From positions 64,001 to 128,000 of the IMG/VR virus record IMGVR_UViG_3300045988_119718: DNA of 64,000 nt; one strand, written 5' to 3'. Below the pieces are notes generated by a model. The model was not told the DNA's origin and searched no databases. It was given only the letters and a program-made list of their open reading frames with translations. Below are positions 49,938 through 58,557 of the stretch, in pieces. This DNA is from a virus. Position 1 is the first letter of the stretch; every line of letters starts with the position of its first letter. A program made the position numbers and the translations under genes.

Positions 49938-52115
49938 ATGAACGAAAATTATGCAAAGATATTTAAAAAGTACAAAGATTCTATGAAAAGAAATATGAAA
50001 ATTTTAATGCCAGAATTAGGAGATAGTGAACTGGATAGAGCTATTGATTGGAGTATTAATAGAAGAATTAAAGACCATCAAATAGAGATTGATGATAACT
50101 ATCATAATCAAAGAACTAATATTAACCTAATCAAGTTGTATGAATATATTCAAGAGCGTAAACCAATATTAACATCTTACGGATGTTTATTTACACAACA
50201 TGGAGAAAGACCTAATCCATTATATGAAATGATTCAAGAATTTGCAGATAGACGAAACAACTTTAAAAAGAAGATGCTTCAATATCCAAAAGGGTCTGAA
50301 GAATATAATAGATATAATTTAAATCAGCTAGTTGCCAAAGTAGATACAAACGCAATTTATGGTTGTCTTGGAGCAGCATCTAGTGTATTCTATAATGTAT
50401 ATGTAGCTACATCTATTACCAGACAAGGTAGAAGTAGTATTACAGCATCCATTATGCTATTTGAATCATTCTTAGCCAATAATATTAAATTTGGTTCTTT
50501 AAATCAAATCATTGCTTTTATTGACCATGTACTACAGGAGAAACCAAATAGAAAATTTAGTGATAATGATATCTTAGATAATAGTGTATCTAAAGAATCT
50601 GTATTTGCAAAGCTTATGCTTAGTTGTGGATATAGATGGTTGCCTAATGATGAAGATATGGAAATCATTTGGAGAATGGTACAAAGATTAGATCAAGAAG
50701 ATTTAAATAGATTATATTATAAAAATAATCTATATAGCTTCTTTGATAATGAAGTACCGTTAGAAATAGTAACCGACATTCTAAAAGAATTAGATAGTCC
50801 ATTTATTGATCCTAATAATCCGCCTTCTAATATTCAAGATAAATTAGATGTATTAGTAGATATAGTAAAAGAATACGTTTATTATAGATACCAAATTATC
50901 GATAAGATTGAACGGGTAGAAACATTAATTAGACAAGTAGACTTAACTACTGATACTGATTCATGCATTATTACTCTTAATCCATGGTATACCTTTATTG
51001 CAGATAAAGTCAAAAATGAAGATATGAAAATTAAGCATTTTGATATTGATGCAGTAAAACTAATGGAAAAAGAAAATCTTAATGAAGCTGGAGATATTTT
51101 AAAGAAAGATGATAGCGAATTTATTTATGATTTTAAAAATGATGAAATTATTAAAAGAAAGAGAATGAGAAATCCATTAATGGTTATTCCAGAAGATAGT
51201 CTTAGACATTCTATTATTAATATCTTAGCATATGTAATTGGTAAATTGCTTAGAGATTACTTTGATAGAATTTCTATCATGAATAATGTAACTAATGAAG
51301 CTCATCCATTCTGTTTAATGAATATGAAAAATGAATTTTTATTTATGAAAATGCTTCTTAGTGATGCTAAGAAGCATTATGCTACCTTAGTAGAAGTACA
51401 GGAAGGTCATGTTATTCCAAATGACCCATCTAAACAATTAGACATTAAAGGGTTGGAAATGGATAAGTCTGTAATTCCTAAATCTACTAAAGAAGTATTA
51501 AGTAAGATTCTATATGAAGATATTCTAAAGTCTAAAAATATTGATCAGCTTAAAATCATTAATAAATTAGCAGTATTGGAAAAACAGATTAAAGAAGCCA
51601 TTGTTAATGGTAGTACAGAATACTTTAAACCAATGAAAGTAAAAAGTATTAGAAGTTACAAAAATCCTATGTCTACTCAGCAAGTTAAAGGAAGTATTAT
51701 ATATGATCTTCTTAGAGATAAAAATGAACCATATATAAACTTAGATGAGCAATGCCCAGTACTTGTGGTAAAGACTAAGATTAATAAAAGTATACTAGAA
51801 AGTAGTAGATTTAAAGATGAATACCCAGATAAATATAATCTCTTAATTAAAGCATTTTATGATAATAATAGCATAGTCTTTAAAGTCAGAGATCAAGAAT
51901 ATTTATTTAACTTCTTTAAAGCTACTACACCTAATAATGCTAGAGAAATAACTAGTGTAGCTATTCCATATACTATCCCTACACCAAAATGGCTAATTGA
52001 ATTTATTGATTATGATTCTATTATTAAAGAAAACATAGGAGCATTCCCATTAGAAAGTATTGGTATCACAAAGTTAGATACTAATAGTGCATATAGTGGA
52101 ATCATTCAGTTATAA
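49938..52115 (+). CDS. nucleic-acid polymerase palm/thumb fragment (family B DNA polymerase-like, motifs B and C only)
   Basis: LVAKVDTNAIYGCLGAASS resembles the K..NS.YG motif B. DLTTDTDSCII resembles motif C DTDS. No motif A or exonuclease domain lies upstream of it in this ORF. Confidence 0.4.
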   Translation: MNENYAKIFKKYKDSMKRNMKILMPELGDSELDRAIDWSINRRIKDHQIEIDDNYHNQRTNINLIKLYEYIQERKPILTSYGCLFTQHGERPNPLYEMIQEFADRRNNFKKKMLQYPKGSEEYNRYNLNQLVAKVDTNAIYGCLGAASSVFYNVYVATSITRQGRSSITASIMLFESFLANNIKFGSLNQIIAFIDHVLQEKPNRKFSDNDILDNSVSKESVFAKLMLSCGYRWLPNDEDMEIIWRMVQRLDQEDLNRLYYKNNLYSFFDNEVPLEIVTDILKELDSPFIDPNNPPSNIQDKLDVLVDIVKEYVYYRYQIIDKIERVETLIRQVDLTTDTDSCIITLNPWYTFIADKVKNEDMKIKHFDIDAVKLMEKENLNEAGDILKKDDSEFIYDFKNDEIIKRKRMRNPLMVIPEDSLRHSIINILAYVIGKLLRDYFDRISIMNNVTNEAHPFCLMNMKNEFLFMKMLLSDAKKHYATLVEVQEGHVIPNDPSKQLDIKGLEMDKSVIPKSTKEVLSKILYEDILKSKNIDQLKIINKLAVLEKQIKEAIVNGSTEYFKPMKVKSIRSYKNPMSTQQVKGSIIYDLLRDKNEPYINLDEQCPVLVVKTKINKSILESSRFKDEYPDKYNLLIKAFYDNNSIVFKVRDQEYLFNFFKATTPNNAREITSVAIPYTIPTPKWLIEFIDYDSIIKENIGAFPLESIGITKLDTNSAYSGIIQL

Positions 52116-52130
52116 TTAAGGAGGATTAAA

Positions 52131-52499
52131 ATGGTTATTTGTAAACAACAGAATGAGAAAAAAGAAAGGTTAATTGAGTTATTCAATACATCTGCTGAAA
52201 AAGCAAGGAAAGCTAAAGTTCCAGTCACTACAATTACTTTAGGTGGTAAATATAATTGTAAGGTTTTCGGATTTAGCTTAAAAGATAAATATTTTCAAAC
52301 ACATTTCATTGGAGTATGTGCAGATGACCATTGCATCTATTTTATAAGTGGTTCACTGAGTAGCGAGTTAGCAATTAAAAGCCAACTTAATAAAAATGAG
52401 TGGAAAGAAGTAATACAACGCATTATGTTTGAAGCGTTTATAAATGATAAATTAATCAACGCATTTGATAGTACGCCTACAACTGAGTTTAATATGTAA
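52131..52499 (+). CDS. small protein, tandem paralog A (122 aa)
   Basis: RBS AAGGAGGA. About 45% identical to the next ORF. Shared core DHCIYFI. Confidence 0.5.
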   Translation: MVICKQQNEKKERLIELFNTSAEKARKAKVPVTTITLGGKYNCKVFGFSLKDKYFQTHFIGVCADDHCIYFISGSLSSELAIKSQLNKNEWKEVIQRIMFEAFINDKLINAFDSTPTTEFNM

Positions 52500-52527
52500 T
52501 ATGAATATTTTTAAAGGAGGATAAAAA

Positions 52528-52902
52528 ATGATTATTTGCAGACAGTGTGACGAGAAAAAAGAAAAATTAATTGAGTTGTTTAATGAAGCTGCTAAAAAAT
52601 CAGAGAAAACCAAGGTTCCATGTATTGTTTATCCTTTAAATAAAGGAAAATATAATCGCGAGGTTTCAGGATTTGCTTTAAAAGATACATATGGTAAAAC
52701 ACATATCATTGGAGGATGCATGGAAGACCATTGTATCTATTTTATAACTGATTTACTGGGTATTAAAAAAATAATTAAAAGTCAACTTAGTAAGAAAGAA
52801 TGGGAAACAGTGAGATATATTATTTTTAAAGCATATATGGATAAAGAAATAAACCACGCATTTGATGGTACACCTGTAACTTCCTTCTATAATAACAGAT
52901 AA
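52528..52902 (+). CDS. small protein, tandem paralog B (124 aa)
   Basis: RBS AAGGAGGA. Shares MIICRQCDEKKEKLIELFN ... EDHCIYFIT with paralog A. Confidence 0.5.
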   Translation: MIICRQCDEKKEKLIELFNEAAKKSEKTKVPCIVYPLNKGKYNREVSGFALKDTYGKTHIIGGCMEDHCIYFITDLLGIKKIIKSQLSKKEWETVRYIIFKAYMDKEINHAFDGTPVTSFYNNR

Positions 52903-53001
52903 TTGGTAATGTAAAAAAAAAGAATTGTATATTATTGTATTGAAGCTAGATATCTAGCTTCAATACATTTTTATTTATATTTCTTAAGGAGGAAATATAC
53001 C

Positions 53002-53577
53002 ATGGCAACATCTCTTAGAAACGTTATTGAAAACTTCAAAATTAGCATGGACGAAATTGATAATCATCTTAATGCACAGGATGAATATATCAATGATCTG
53101 GCAAGGAAAGCTAAACAGGTTAGCTCTGCACTGAAACTGCTTAAAATTGCAGTAAGATCTAATGCAGATAAAATTGACGGATACTACTATGTGGATGAAA
53201 GGGATAAAGATGCATTTTTGAAAGATGATGATGTGTCTGGGCTTTATAATACCATAGCCGCTGAAGGAACGTATTCTATCATCATTCTTGATGATGAATC
53301 TCCATTGTTCCTTCAGGAGATTCCAGTCACGATTTCTCATGAGTACGATACGGCTAATGATGCTATGACGGCAAGAATTATCTCTTTCTATGCTGATGAA
53401 GAAGAGCATAACTACGTCAATAATACACTTGGCGAATACAAAGAAAACGCTTTCCCACCAATCGATGATACCATTATGATGTTTATCGAAGATACCAAAA
53501 AGAGAGCTAAAGAAATTGAAGATATTCGCAAAGCTACCAGTATTGAGAACCATCCTATTGGTAAAGAAGAAAAATAA
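53002..53577 (+). CDS. hypothetical acidic protein (191 aa)
   Basis: Strong RBS AAGGAGGAAATATACC-ATG, followed by terminator 53594-53631. The antisense ORF 52984-53607 is rejected. Confidence 0.5.
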   Translation: MATSLRNVIENFKISMDEIDNHLNAQDEYINDLARKAKQVSSALKLLKIAVRSNADKIDGYYYVDERDKDAFLKDDDVSGLYNTIAAEGTYSIIILDDESPLFLQEIPVTISHEYDTANDAMTARIISFYADEEEHNYVNNTLGEYKENAFPPIDDTIMMFIEDTKKRAKEIEDIRKATSIENHPIGKEEK

Positions 53578-53593
53578 CAAGGAAGGGTGAAAA

Positions 53594-53631
53594 TAAAAGG
53601 TACTCATATGAGTACCTTTTATTTTTTTTTT
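53594..53631 (+). terminator. rho-independent terminator
   Basis: AAAAGGTACTCATATGAGTACCTTTT followed by T11. Confidence 0.7.
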
Positions 53632-53850
53632 GCTATTTTCTATGATATTATAGTATATTGAGAAGAAGATAATCCAGCACCATTAAATCTTGATGGAGGA
53701 TTCTTAATCTTAACATTTTTAAGTTTATGGTATTAGTATTTAACCATTACCATCATGTATACAAAATTATCAAATCTTATAGATTATAATTAAGGTACTA
53801 CAGTAAGCTTAAGCTTACTGTAGTTTTTCAGAATTAGAATTAAAGAAAAA

Positions 53851-54630
53851 TTAATATTTTATCAATAAATAAACTCCATCATCAGGAATATTTGTATTAG
53901 GATAGTATATAGTAATAGTACCAGCTCCACATACGGTTTTTAATATTTTATAGTTATCTAAATCACAAGCTGCGGCTTTATCGGAAGAAGTAATGTCCTT
54001 ATCATCTGTATATACATAATGTGCTGTCGTACCTTCTATTACCCAATCAGCTTTATCTGTACCTGTTCTAATACTACTTCCGCCGCATAAAAGAATCATT
54101 AATGATTGCTCATCAATAGATGATGATGAACCAGCGTTTTTTAAATCATCTTTTGTAGCTAATTCGCTACCTTTATAAGTGATAGTCTCACCTTCACCCA
54201 TATCCAATAATGTCTTAGTACCACTCTCTGTTATAGAGTTTACCTGTAAACCACCATTCATAATGATTTTAGACTGATTGGTCTGTTCTCCATGAGTGAT
54301 TACGGTTTCATTGTTGACCACAGGATGATTAAAAGTTGTATCAGAGTTTACCTGTATTTCTTTTACGTTAAAATCTAAAGCACCATTGAATTCGGTATGT
54401 CCGTTAAATGTTACTTGACCATCGAACTCTGCTAAACCTTCAGCAAATACATTATTACCATTTAAAGTATTATCACCAATTAAGTTTACTTTCTTGTCTA
54501 ATTCAGCTTTAATTACTTTATTTTGTACAGCATTAAGGCTGGTATCAGATAAAGATTCATCTAATTGTGTTGTTGGAGAGGAGTAAATATTCCCCCCCCC
54601 CACAATAACTCCAGATATTGTTTGTGACAT
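53851..54630 (-). CDS. fibre-like protein (259 aa) carrying the conserved poly-G leader (G10 in frame, ON)
   Basis: MSQTISGVIVGGGNIYSSPTT, where GGG is encoded by the C10 tract at 54592-54601 (plus strand). The body is Gly/Asn/Thr-rich and beta-helix-like. Confidence 0.6.
   Translation of the reverse strand: MSQTISGVIVGGGNIYSSPTTQLDESLSDTSLNAVQNKVIKAELDKKVNLIGDNTLNGNNVFAEGLAEFDGQVTFNGHTEFNGALDFNVKEIQVNSDTTFNHPVVNNETVITHGEQTNQSKIIMNGGLQVNSITESGTKTLLDMGEGETITYKGSELATKDDLKNAGSSSSIDEQSLMILLCGGSSIRTGTDKADWVIEGTTAHYVYTDDKDITSSDKAAACDLDNYKILKTVCGAGTITIYYPNTNIPDDGVYLLIKY
54592..54601 (-). repeat. homopolymeric C10 (G10 on the coding strand) tract
   Basis: Seen directly. Confidence 0.8.
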
Positions 54631-54667
54631 AATATTTCCTCCTTATTAAAAATATATTATATACTAA

Positions 54668-54904
54668 TTATATAGAACAATCAATGAACACAGAAGAATC
54701 CATAATACTGCTTACATCAGAACTATCAAAAATAGCTAAATCTGTAGAACTTATATTAGAACTGTCACTAAATATAGAATCTGCATCAGTTATTTCGGAA
54801 GAATCAAGGTAAAATGGATATATAGAAGCAGTATCAGTTACATTATCATCACATAAAATTTGGCCTTTAAATACATTTACTCGAGGTTTTAAAGTTGGGT
54901 TCAT
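54668..54904 (-). CDS. small acidic Ser/Asp-rich protein (78 aa)
   Basis: ORF. Confidence 0.4.
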   Translation of the reverse strand: MNPTLKPRVNVFKGQILCDDNVTDTASIYPFYLDSSEITDADSIFSDSSNISSTDLAIFDSSDVSSIMDSSVFIDCSI

Positions 54905-54924
54905 AATTGATCTCTCCTATTTAC

Positions 54925-55356
54925 TTAATAATCAGTAACTGTTGGGGTATGAGTATTAATTTCAGGAGACCATGAAATTGTGAAACTGAGCCGATCGGCA
55001 CCATCTGCATTATACTCAGTCTCCCCGATCCAGTATACCAACTTATTTGTACCAGTAACTACGTTATACAAAACTGCATCCATATAGAATGATTCTTGTT
55101 CATCTTGCATTTTGTATTGCAATTCACCAGTAAGCCTATATTCACGGGAAGGTGTTACCCCCACGAAAGTGGTTTCATCAATTTCATTACCATAATAATC
55201 AATACCATACAACCTTGCTTTAACAACTTTTACATTTGGGAGGGGGTAAATACACCCATATGATTAAAATTAGTAGACCCAGTAGGTATACTTACAGTTG
55301 CTGGAGAGGCACTAAATACTACCCCCCCCCACTACTCCCTTAATCGTTGTTGCCAT
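54925..55356 (-). pseudogene. leader-family paralog P4, doubly frameshifted (G9 tract, interrupted GGGAGGGGG tract, C-terminal SPEIN..TDY module)
   Basis: RBS AGGAGGA + ATG at 55356: MATTIKGVVGGG, then a stop. The +1 frame continues VFSASPATVSIPTGSTNFNHMGV. The frame returns at CCCCCTCCC (55247-55255) to ...YGIDYYGNE...TISWSPEINTHTPTVTDY. Confidence 0.5.
55322..55330 (-). repeat. homopolymeric C9 tract (G9 on the coding strand)
   Basis: Seen directly. Confidence 0.8.
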
Positions 55357-55385
55357 AATAATATTCCTCCTATTATCTTCTATTA

Positions 55386-56750
55386 TTATTTAACACTTAA
55401 ATCACCTGGTAAGTATCCACTAGCAGCTACAACTTCTGCTTCGTAGGTAGTTCCTATTGGGCAGGTAAATGTGGACGTATGGTCTGTACCACCAGATTTT
55501 TGTGGAGTATAAACGTGAATAGTCTGGTTAGCAGACTGAACAATAGTTACAGTTGCTGTAGCTACTGTTGCTGCATTATGAGATACCGTAGTATTACCAT
55601 TTACAGTACCAGACTTTGCAGAACCTGGGTTATATCCACTATCAGCGGTATAGCTAATACTATAAGTAGTTCCGTAAGGAACACTTAAAGTTTGTGAACT
55701 CTTAGTAGCTGTTGTAGTATAAGACGGTAAGGTACCACCATATGAACTATTAGTTGCTAATCTAAGATTATAAGACTGATTTGCAGTAGCCGGAACAGTT
55801 AAAGTATAGTATCTTAATGAAGCACTAGCAGATTTAGCTGGGATAGATGTAGTATTTGTTACTGTACCACTTACTGAATTAGAAGCTGTATATGTATATG
55901 CATTTGTAGCACTATTAGCCGTATAAGCTACAGAGTACGTAGTACCATAATTTACGGTATAAGATGTAGCACTAGCAGTAGCTGCTTTAGCAACTCCATC
56001 TACAGTAGCTACATAAGTCTGGTTAGTAGTTGCTCCAAATGACAAGGTAAAGGTCTTAATAGCAGCAGCTGTAGCAGCTATAGTTACAGAATCAGTAATA
56101 GTACCACTAGTAGATGTTAATGTACCGGCATTATATCCAGTATCTGGAGTTATAGTAGCAGTCCATTTATCGCCATATGTAGCAGTAAATGTAGAAGTAT
56201 GTGCTACACCATTGCATGTTACAGTAATAGTCTGATGATCTGATTGATTAATATAAAATGTAAAAGTCTGTTTAGCAGCAGCGGTACAAGATAATGTAAA
56301 GCTACCAGCTTCAATATTAGCTTGAGTAATTCTATATGGGTTAGATACAGTAGTACCATTAATAGTTGGAGAAGATGCTTTATATCCTGTAGCTGGAGTA
56401 CAAGTAATAGTTAAAGCAGTATTCATTGGTAATAAAGTACCTGTAGATACAGCAGTACCAGAAGCATTAGTGACTCTAATAGTTTGGTTAGCTACTTGAG
56501 TAATATTCATAGCAGCTTGAGTCCATTTTAATATTGCATACTTAGTAGAAGAACCATTCTTCTGAATTCTAATACCAGAAGCATTATTAGCTGTAAGAGA
56601 AGTACCTAAACCAGCATATACATTAGCACCATCTACTTCTAAATTAATAGTAGAATATCCTGCACAGTCAGCTTTAGAAGTATATAAAGCACAAGTTCCT
56701 GAAGTACCATTTGTTTTCTGATAATGAAGAGATTTAGTTATCTTACTCAT
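55386..56750 (-). CDS. Ig-like repeat protein (454 aa), Thr/Ser/Ala-rich
   Basis: Repeated modules containing GYKAS, GYNAG, GYNPG and GYLPG. The C-terminal module is near-identical to the N-terminus of ORF 33041. Confidence 0.6.
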   Translation of the reverse strand: MSKITKSLHYQKTNGTSGTCALYTSKADCAGYSTINLEVDGANVYAGLGTSLTANNASGIRIQKNGSSTKYAILKWTQAAMNITQVANQTIRVTNASGTAVSTGTLLPMNTALTITCTPATGYKASSPTINGTTVSNPYRITQANIEAGSFTLSCTAAAKQTFTFYINQSDHQTITVTCNGVAHTSTFTATYGDKWTATITPDTGYNAGTLTSTSGTITDSVTIAATAAAIKTFTLSFGATTNQTYVATVDGVAKAATASATSYTVNYGTTYSVAYTANSATNAYTYTASNSVSGTVTNTTSIPAKSASASLRYYTLTVPATANQSYNLRLATNSSYGGTLPSYTTTATKSSQTLSVPYGTTYSISYTADSGYNPGSAKSGTVNGNTTVSHNAATVATATVTIVQSANQTIHVYTPQKSGGTDHTSTFTCPIGTTYEAEVVAASGYLPGDLSVK

Positions 56751-57003
56751 TTTCTATCCAAACCTTTCCACCATCTACATGGATAATAAATGAATCCTTT
56801 AGTTTAGATAAAGAATCCACTTGTGATTGTAATTTATTTATTTTTTCTGATAAATCAGTACTTTCTTTTTTAAGATGATCTATTTCATTATTCTTAGCAG
56901 CTAAGATATTATTAAGAGAATCTATCTCTAATGAAAGTTGATTATACTCAGATGAAGTATAACCACCTAATAAGTGTATTAAAAACTTAAACATAGTAAA
57001 CAC
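56743..57003 (-). CDS. coiled-coil protein (86 aa) ending in the fibre-tip motif GGKVWIE
   Basis: Heptad-like LKKESTDLSEKINKLQSQVDSLSKL. C-terminus ...HVDGGKVWIENE resembles NIPGGKIWIE of the two tail fibres. Confidence 0.45.
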   Translation of the reverse strand: MFTMFKFLIHLLGGYTSSEYNQLSLEIDSLNNILAAKNNEIDHLKKESTDLSEKINKLQSQVDSLSKLKDSFIIHVDGGKVWIENE

Positions 57004-57011
57004 CTCCTATG

Positions 57012-57275
57012 TTAGATTGACACACCATCAATCTTTTGGTTTTCAAACTTCTTGTATGCGTCAAGGTATACTTCTTTCTTATCTCCGTTGTATGTAACCT
57101 CGTAGTACATACCATCGGGCAAGGTAGTTGACACCAATGCTTTCCAATTCTGCAAGGTTTTACAGAACCAAACAACGTAAACATTATCTAACGTAATCTG
57201 TACGTTGTCTGTTTTATCAATATGCTTGTTAGCGTAGTTCAAAACAATTTCTTTTGCAATTTCCTGATAGTTCAT
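57012..57275 (-). CDS. hypothetical protein (87 aa)
   Basis: ORF. Confidence 0.4.
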   Translation of the reverse strand: MNYQEIAKEIVLNYANKHIDKTDNVQITLDNVYVVWFCKTLQNWKALVSTTLPDGMYYEVTYNGDKKEVYLDAYKKFENQKIDGVSI

Positions 57276-57295
57276 AAATTATTCTCCTTATCTTG

Positions 57296-57699
57296 TTAAT
57301 AATCTGTTATTGTAGGTGTTTTTTTGTTAATTTCTGGTGACCATGATATACGATAGGTAAAGCTATTAAATTCTCTAAGCGGTACTCCATGCACCATCCA
57401 ACTCATATTATCATGTGTGCTGCATTGCACGCCAAAAACCATTGTCTGCCCCTGTCCATGAAAAAAACTTTTGGGTTTATGATATGATCCAGGAGTAACC
57501 CCTATATAAACAGGGTCTAAAGTAAAGATGCCACCACTAACATCCATTGTTAGGCTTAATGCAAGTATGTGAACATTAGCTGGGATAACAAAATTAGGTA
57601 AATCACCTTCATAACTCCCAGTAGGTACACTCACGGTAGCAGGACTAGCACTAAACGTCGTCCCCCCCCCCAATTATACCTTTTAATGTTGTAGCCATA
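57296..57699 (-). CDS. leader-family paralog P3 (poly-G 10-11; the upstream ATG at 57699 is currently out of frame)
   Basis: ATG at 57699 gives MATTLKGII + G tract (57662-57672). Downstream frame GGGTTFSASPATVSVPTGSYEGD...YRISWSPEINKKTPTITDY. Confidence 0.55.
57662..57672 (-). repeat. homopolymeric C11 tract (G on the coding strand)
   Basis: Seen directly; the count is 10-11. Confidence 0.8.
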
Positions 57700-57719
57700 T
57701 ACAACTACCTTCTTTCTTT

Positions 57720-58105
57720 TTAATAATCAGTATCGTCTGGTGTGTGAGTATTAATTTCAGGAGAATAATATATAGTTACCCCTTCTATATCATTTTCATC
57801 ATTAACATCCTCAATTTTCCAACTAGTAATTTGATGTATATTATGGGTAAAACAATAAATACCATATACCATAGTATGATGAGGTGGTATATAATCTGTT
57901 TGAAGTCCCCATACATGTGTTGAGCCAGGGGTAACACCCACGTAAAATCCACGTACATAAAGTACCTTTATTCCATTTGGAACTGTAAATCTTTCTGAGC
58001 TATCTGGGCCTATATATATGCTTCCACTCGGTATACTTGCAGTTGCTGGGGTGACACTAATAGTTACCCCCCCCCCCATATAGTTCCTTTTAAAGATTGT
58101 GACAT
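57720..58105 (-). CDS. leader-family paralog P2 (poly-G 11; upstream-ATG frame hits TAA; an internal ATG just before the tract is in frame)
   Basis: RBS AAAGGAA + ATG at 58105 gives MSQSLKGTIW + G11 (58067-58077), then TAA. The in-frame ATG-GGG-GGG-GGG-GTA gives MGGGVTISVTPATASIPSGS...IYYSPEINTHTPDDTDY. Confidence 0.55.
58067..58077 (-). repeat. homopolymeric C11 tract (G on the coding strand)
   Basis: Seen directly. Confidence 0.8.
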
Positions 58106-58123
58106 AATATGATTCCTTTCTTT

Positions 58124-58544
58124 TTAATGATCAGTTACGGTAGGAGTTTGCTTATTTATTTCAGGAGAGTATTTTATATAAAATCTATCTATTTTGCAAT
58201 CTTCGCCTTCTCTGGTTTCAGCATTTACATAAGTATAGTATTTTTTATTTGGAATTACTCCAACGTATACTGTGTGACTAGTAATGCCTTCGCCAGTACT
58301 ATAGATCCATTGACCGCTACTACTATCTACGGTTAGAACTACAATATGTTCTGTACCACTACTAATATAGGCAGATGCATAAACTTCAATCACTTTTACA
58401 CCATTAGGAATTATAAAGTCATCATTAAGGCCGTTTTCATCATTAGATCTATCCACTAAATATCCAGTTGATACAACTATTTCAGTAGCGGGACTAGCTG
58501 TGAATGTTAGCCCCCCCGATTGTTCCCTTCATCGTTGTAGCCAT
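58124..58544 (-). CDS. leader-family paralog P1 (poly-G 7, OFF relative to the ATG at 58544)
   Basis: RBS AGGAGA + ATG at 58544: MATTMKGTIGG, then out of frame. The +1 frame reads LTFTASPATEIVVSTGYLVDRSNDENG...FYIKYSPEINKQTPTVTDH. G6 or G9 would restore the frame. Confidence 0.55.
58511..58517 (-). repeat. homopolymeric C7 tract (G on the coding strand)
   Basis: Seen directly. Confidence 0.75.
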
Positions 58545-58557
58545 AATAAATCTCCTA

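Noticed and set aside
52984-53607. 207-aa minus-strand ORF overlapping ORF 53002-53577
   Set aside because: The plus-strand ORF has a near-perfect RBS (AAGGAGGAAATATACC-ATG) and is followed by a canonical terminator. The minus ORF is hydrophobic F/I-rich antisense translation with no RBS.
26805-58517. Poly-G/C runs as mere sequencing or assembly homopolymer errors
   Set aside because: Artefactual length errors are possible and must be checked in reads. But seven long G runs, in a genome otherwise free of them, all sit at the same codon position of a conserved leader, which is a designed feature rather than random error. The exact lengths, and therefore the ON/OFF calls, remain provisional.
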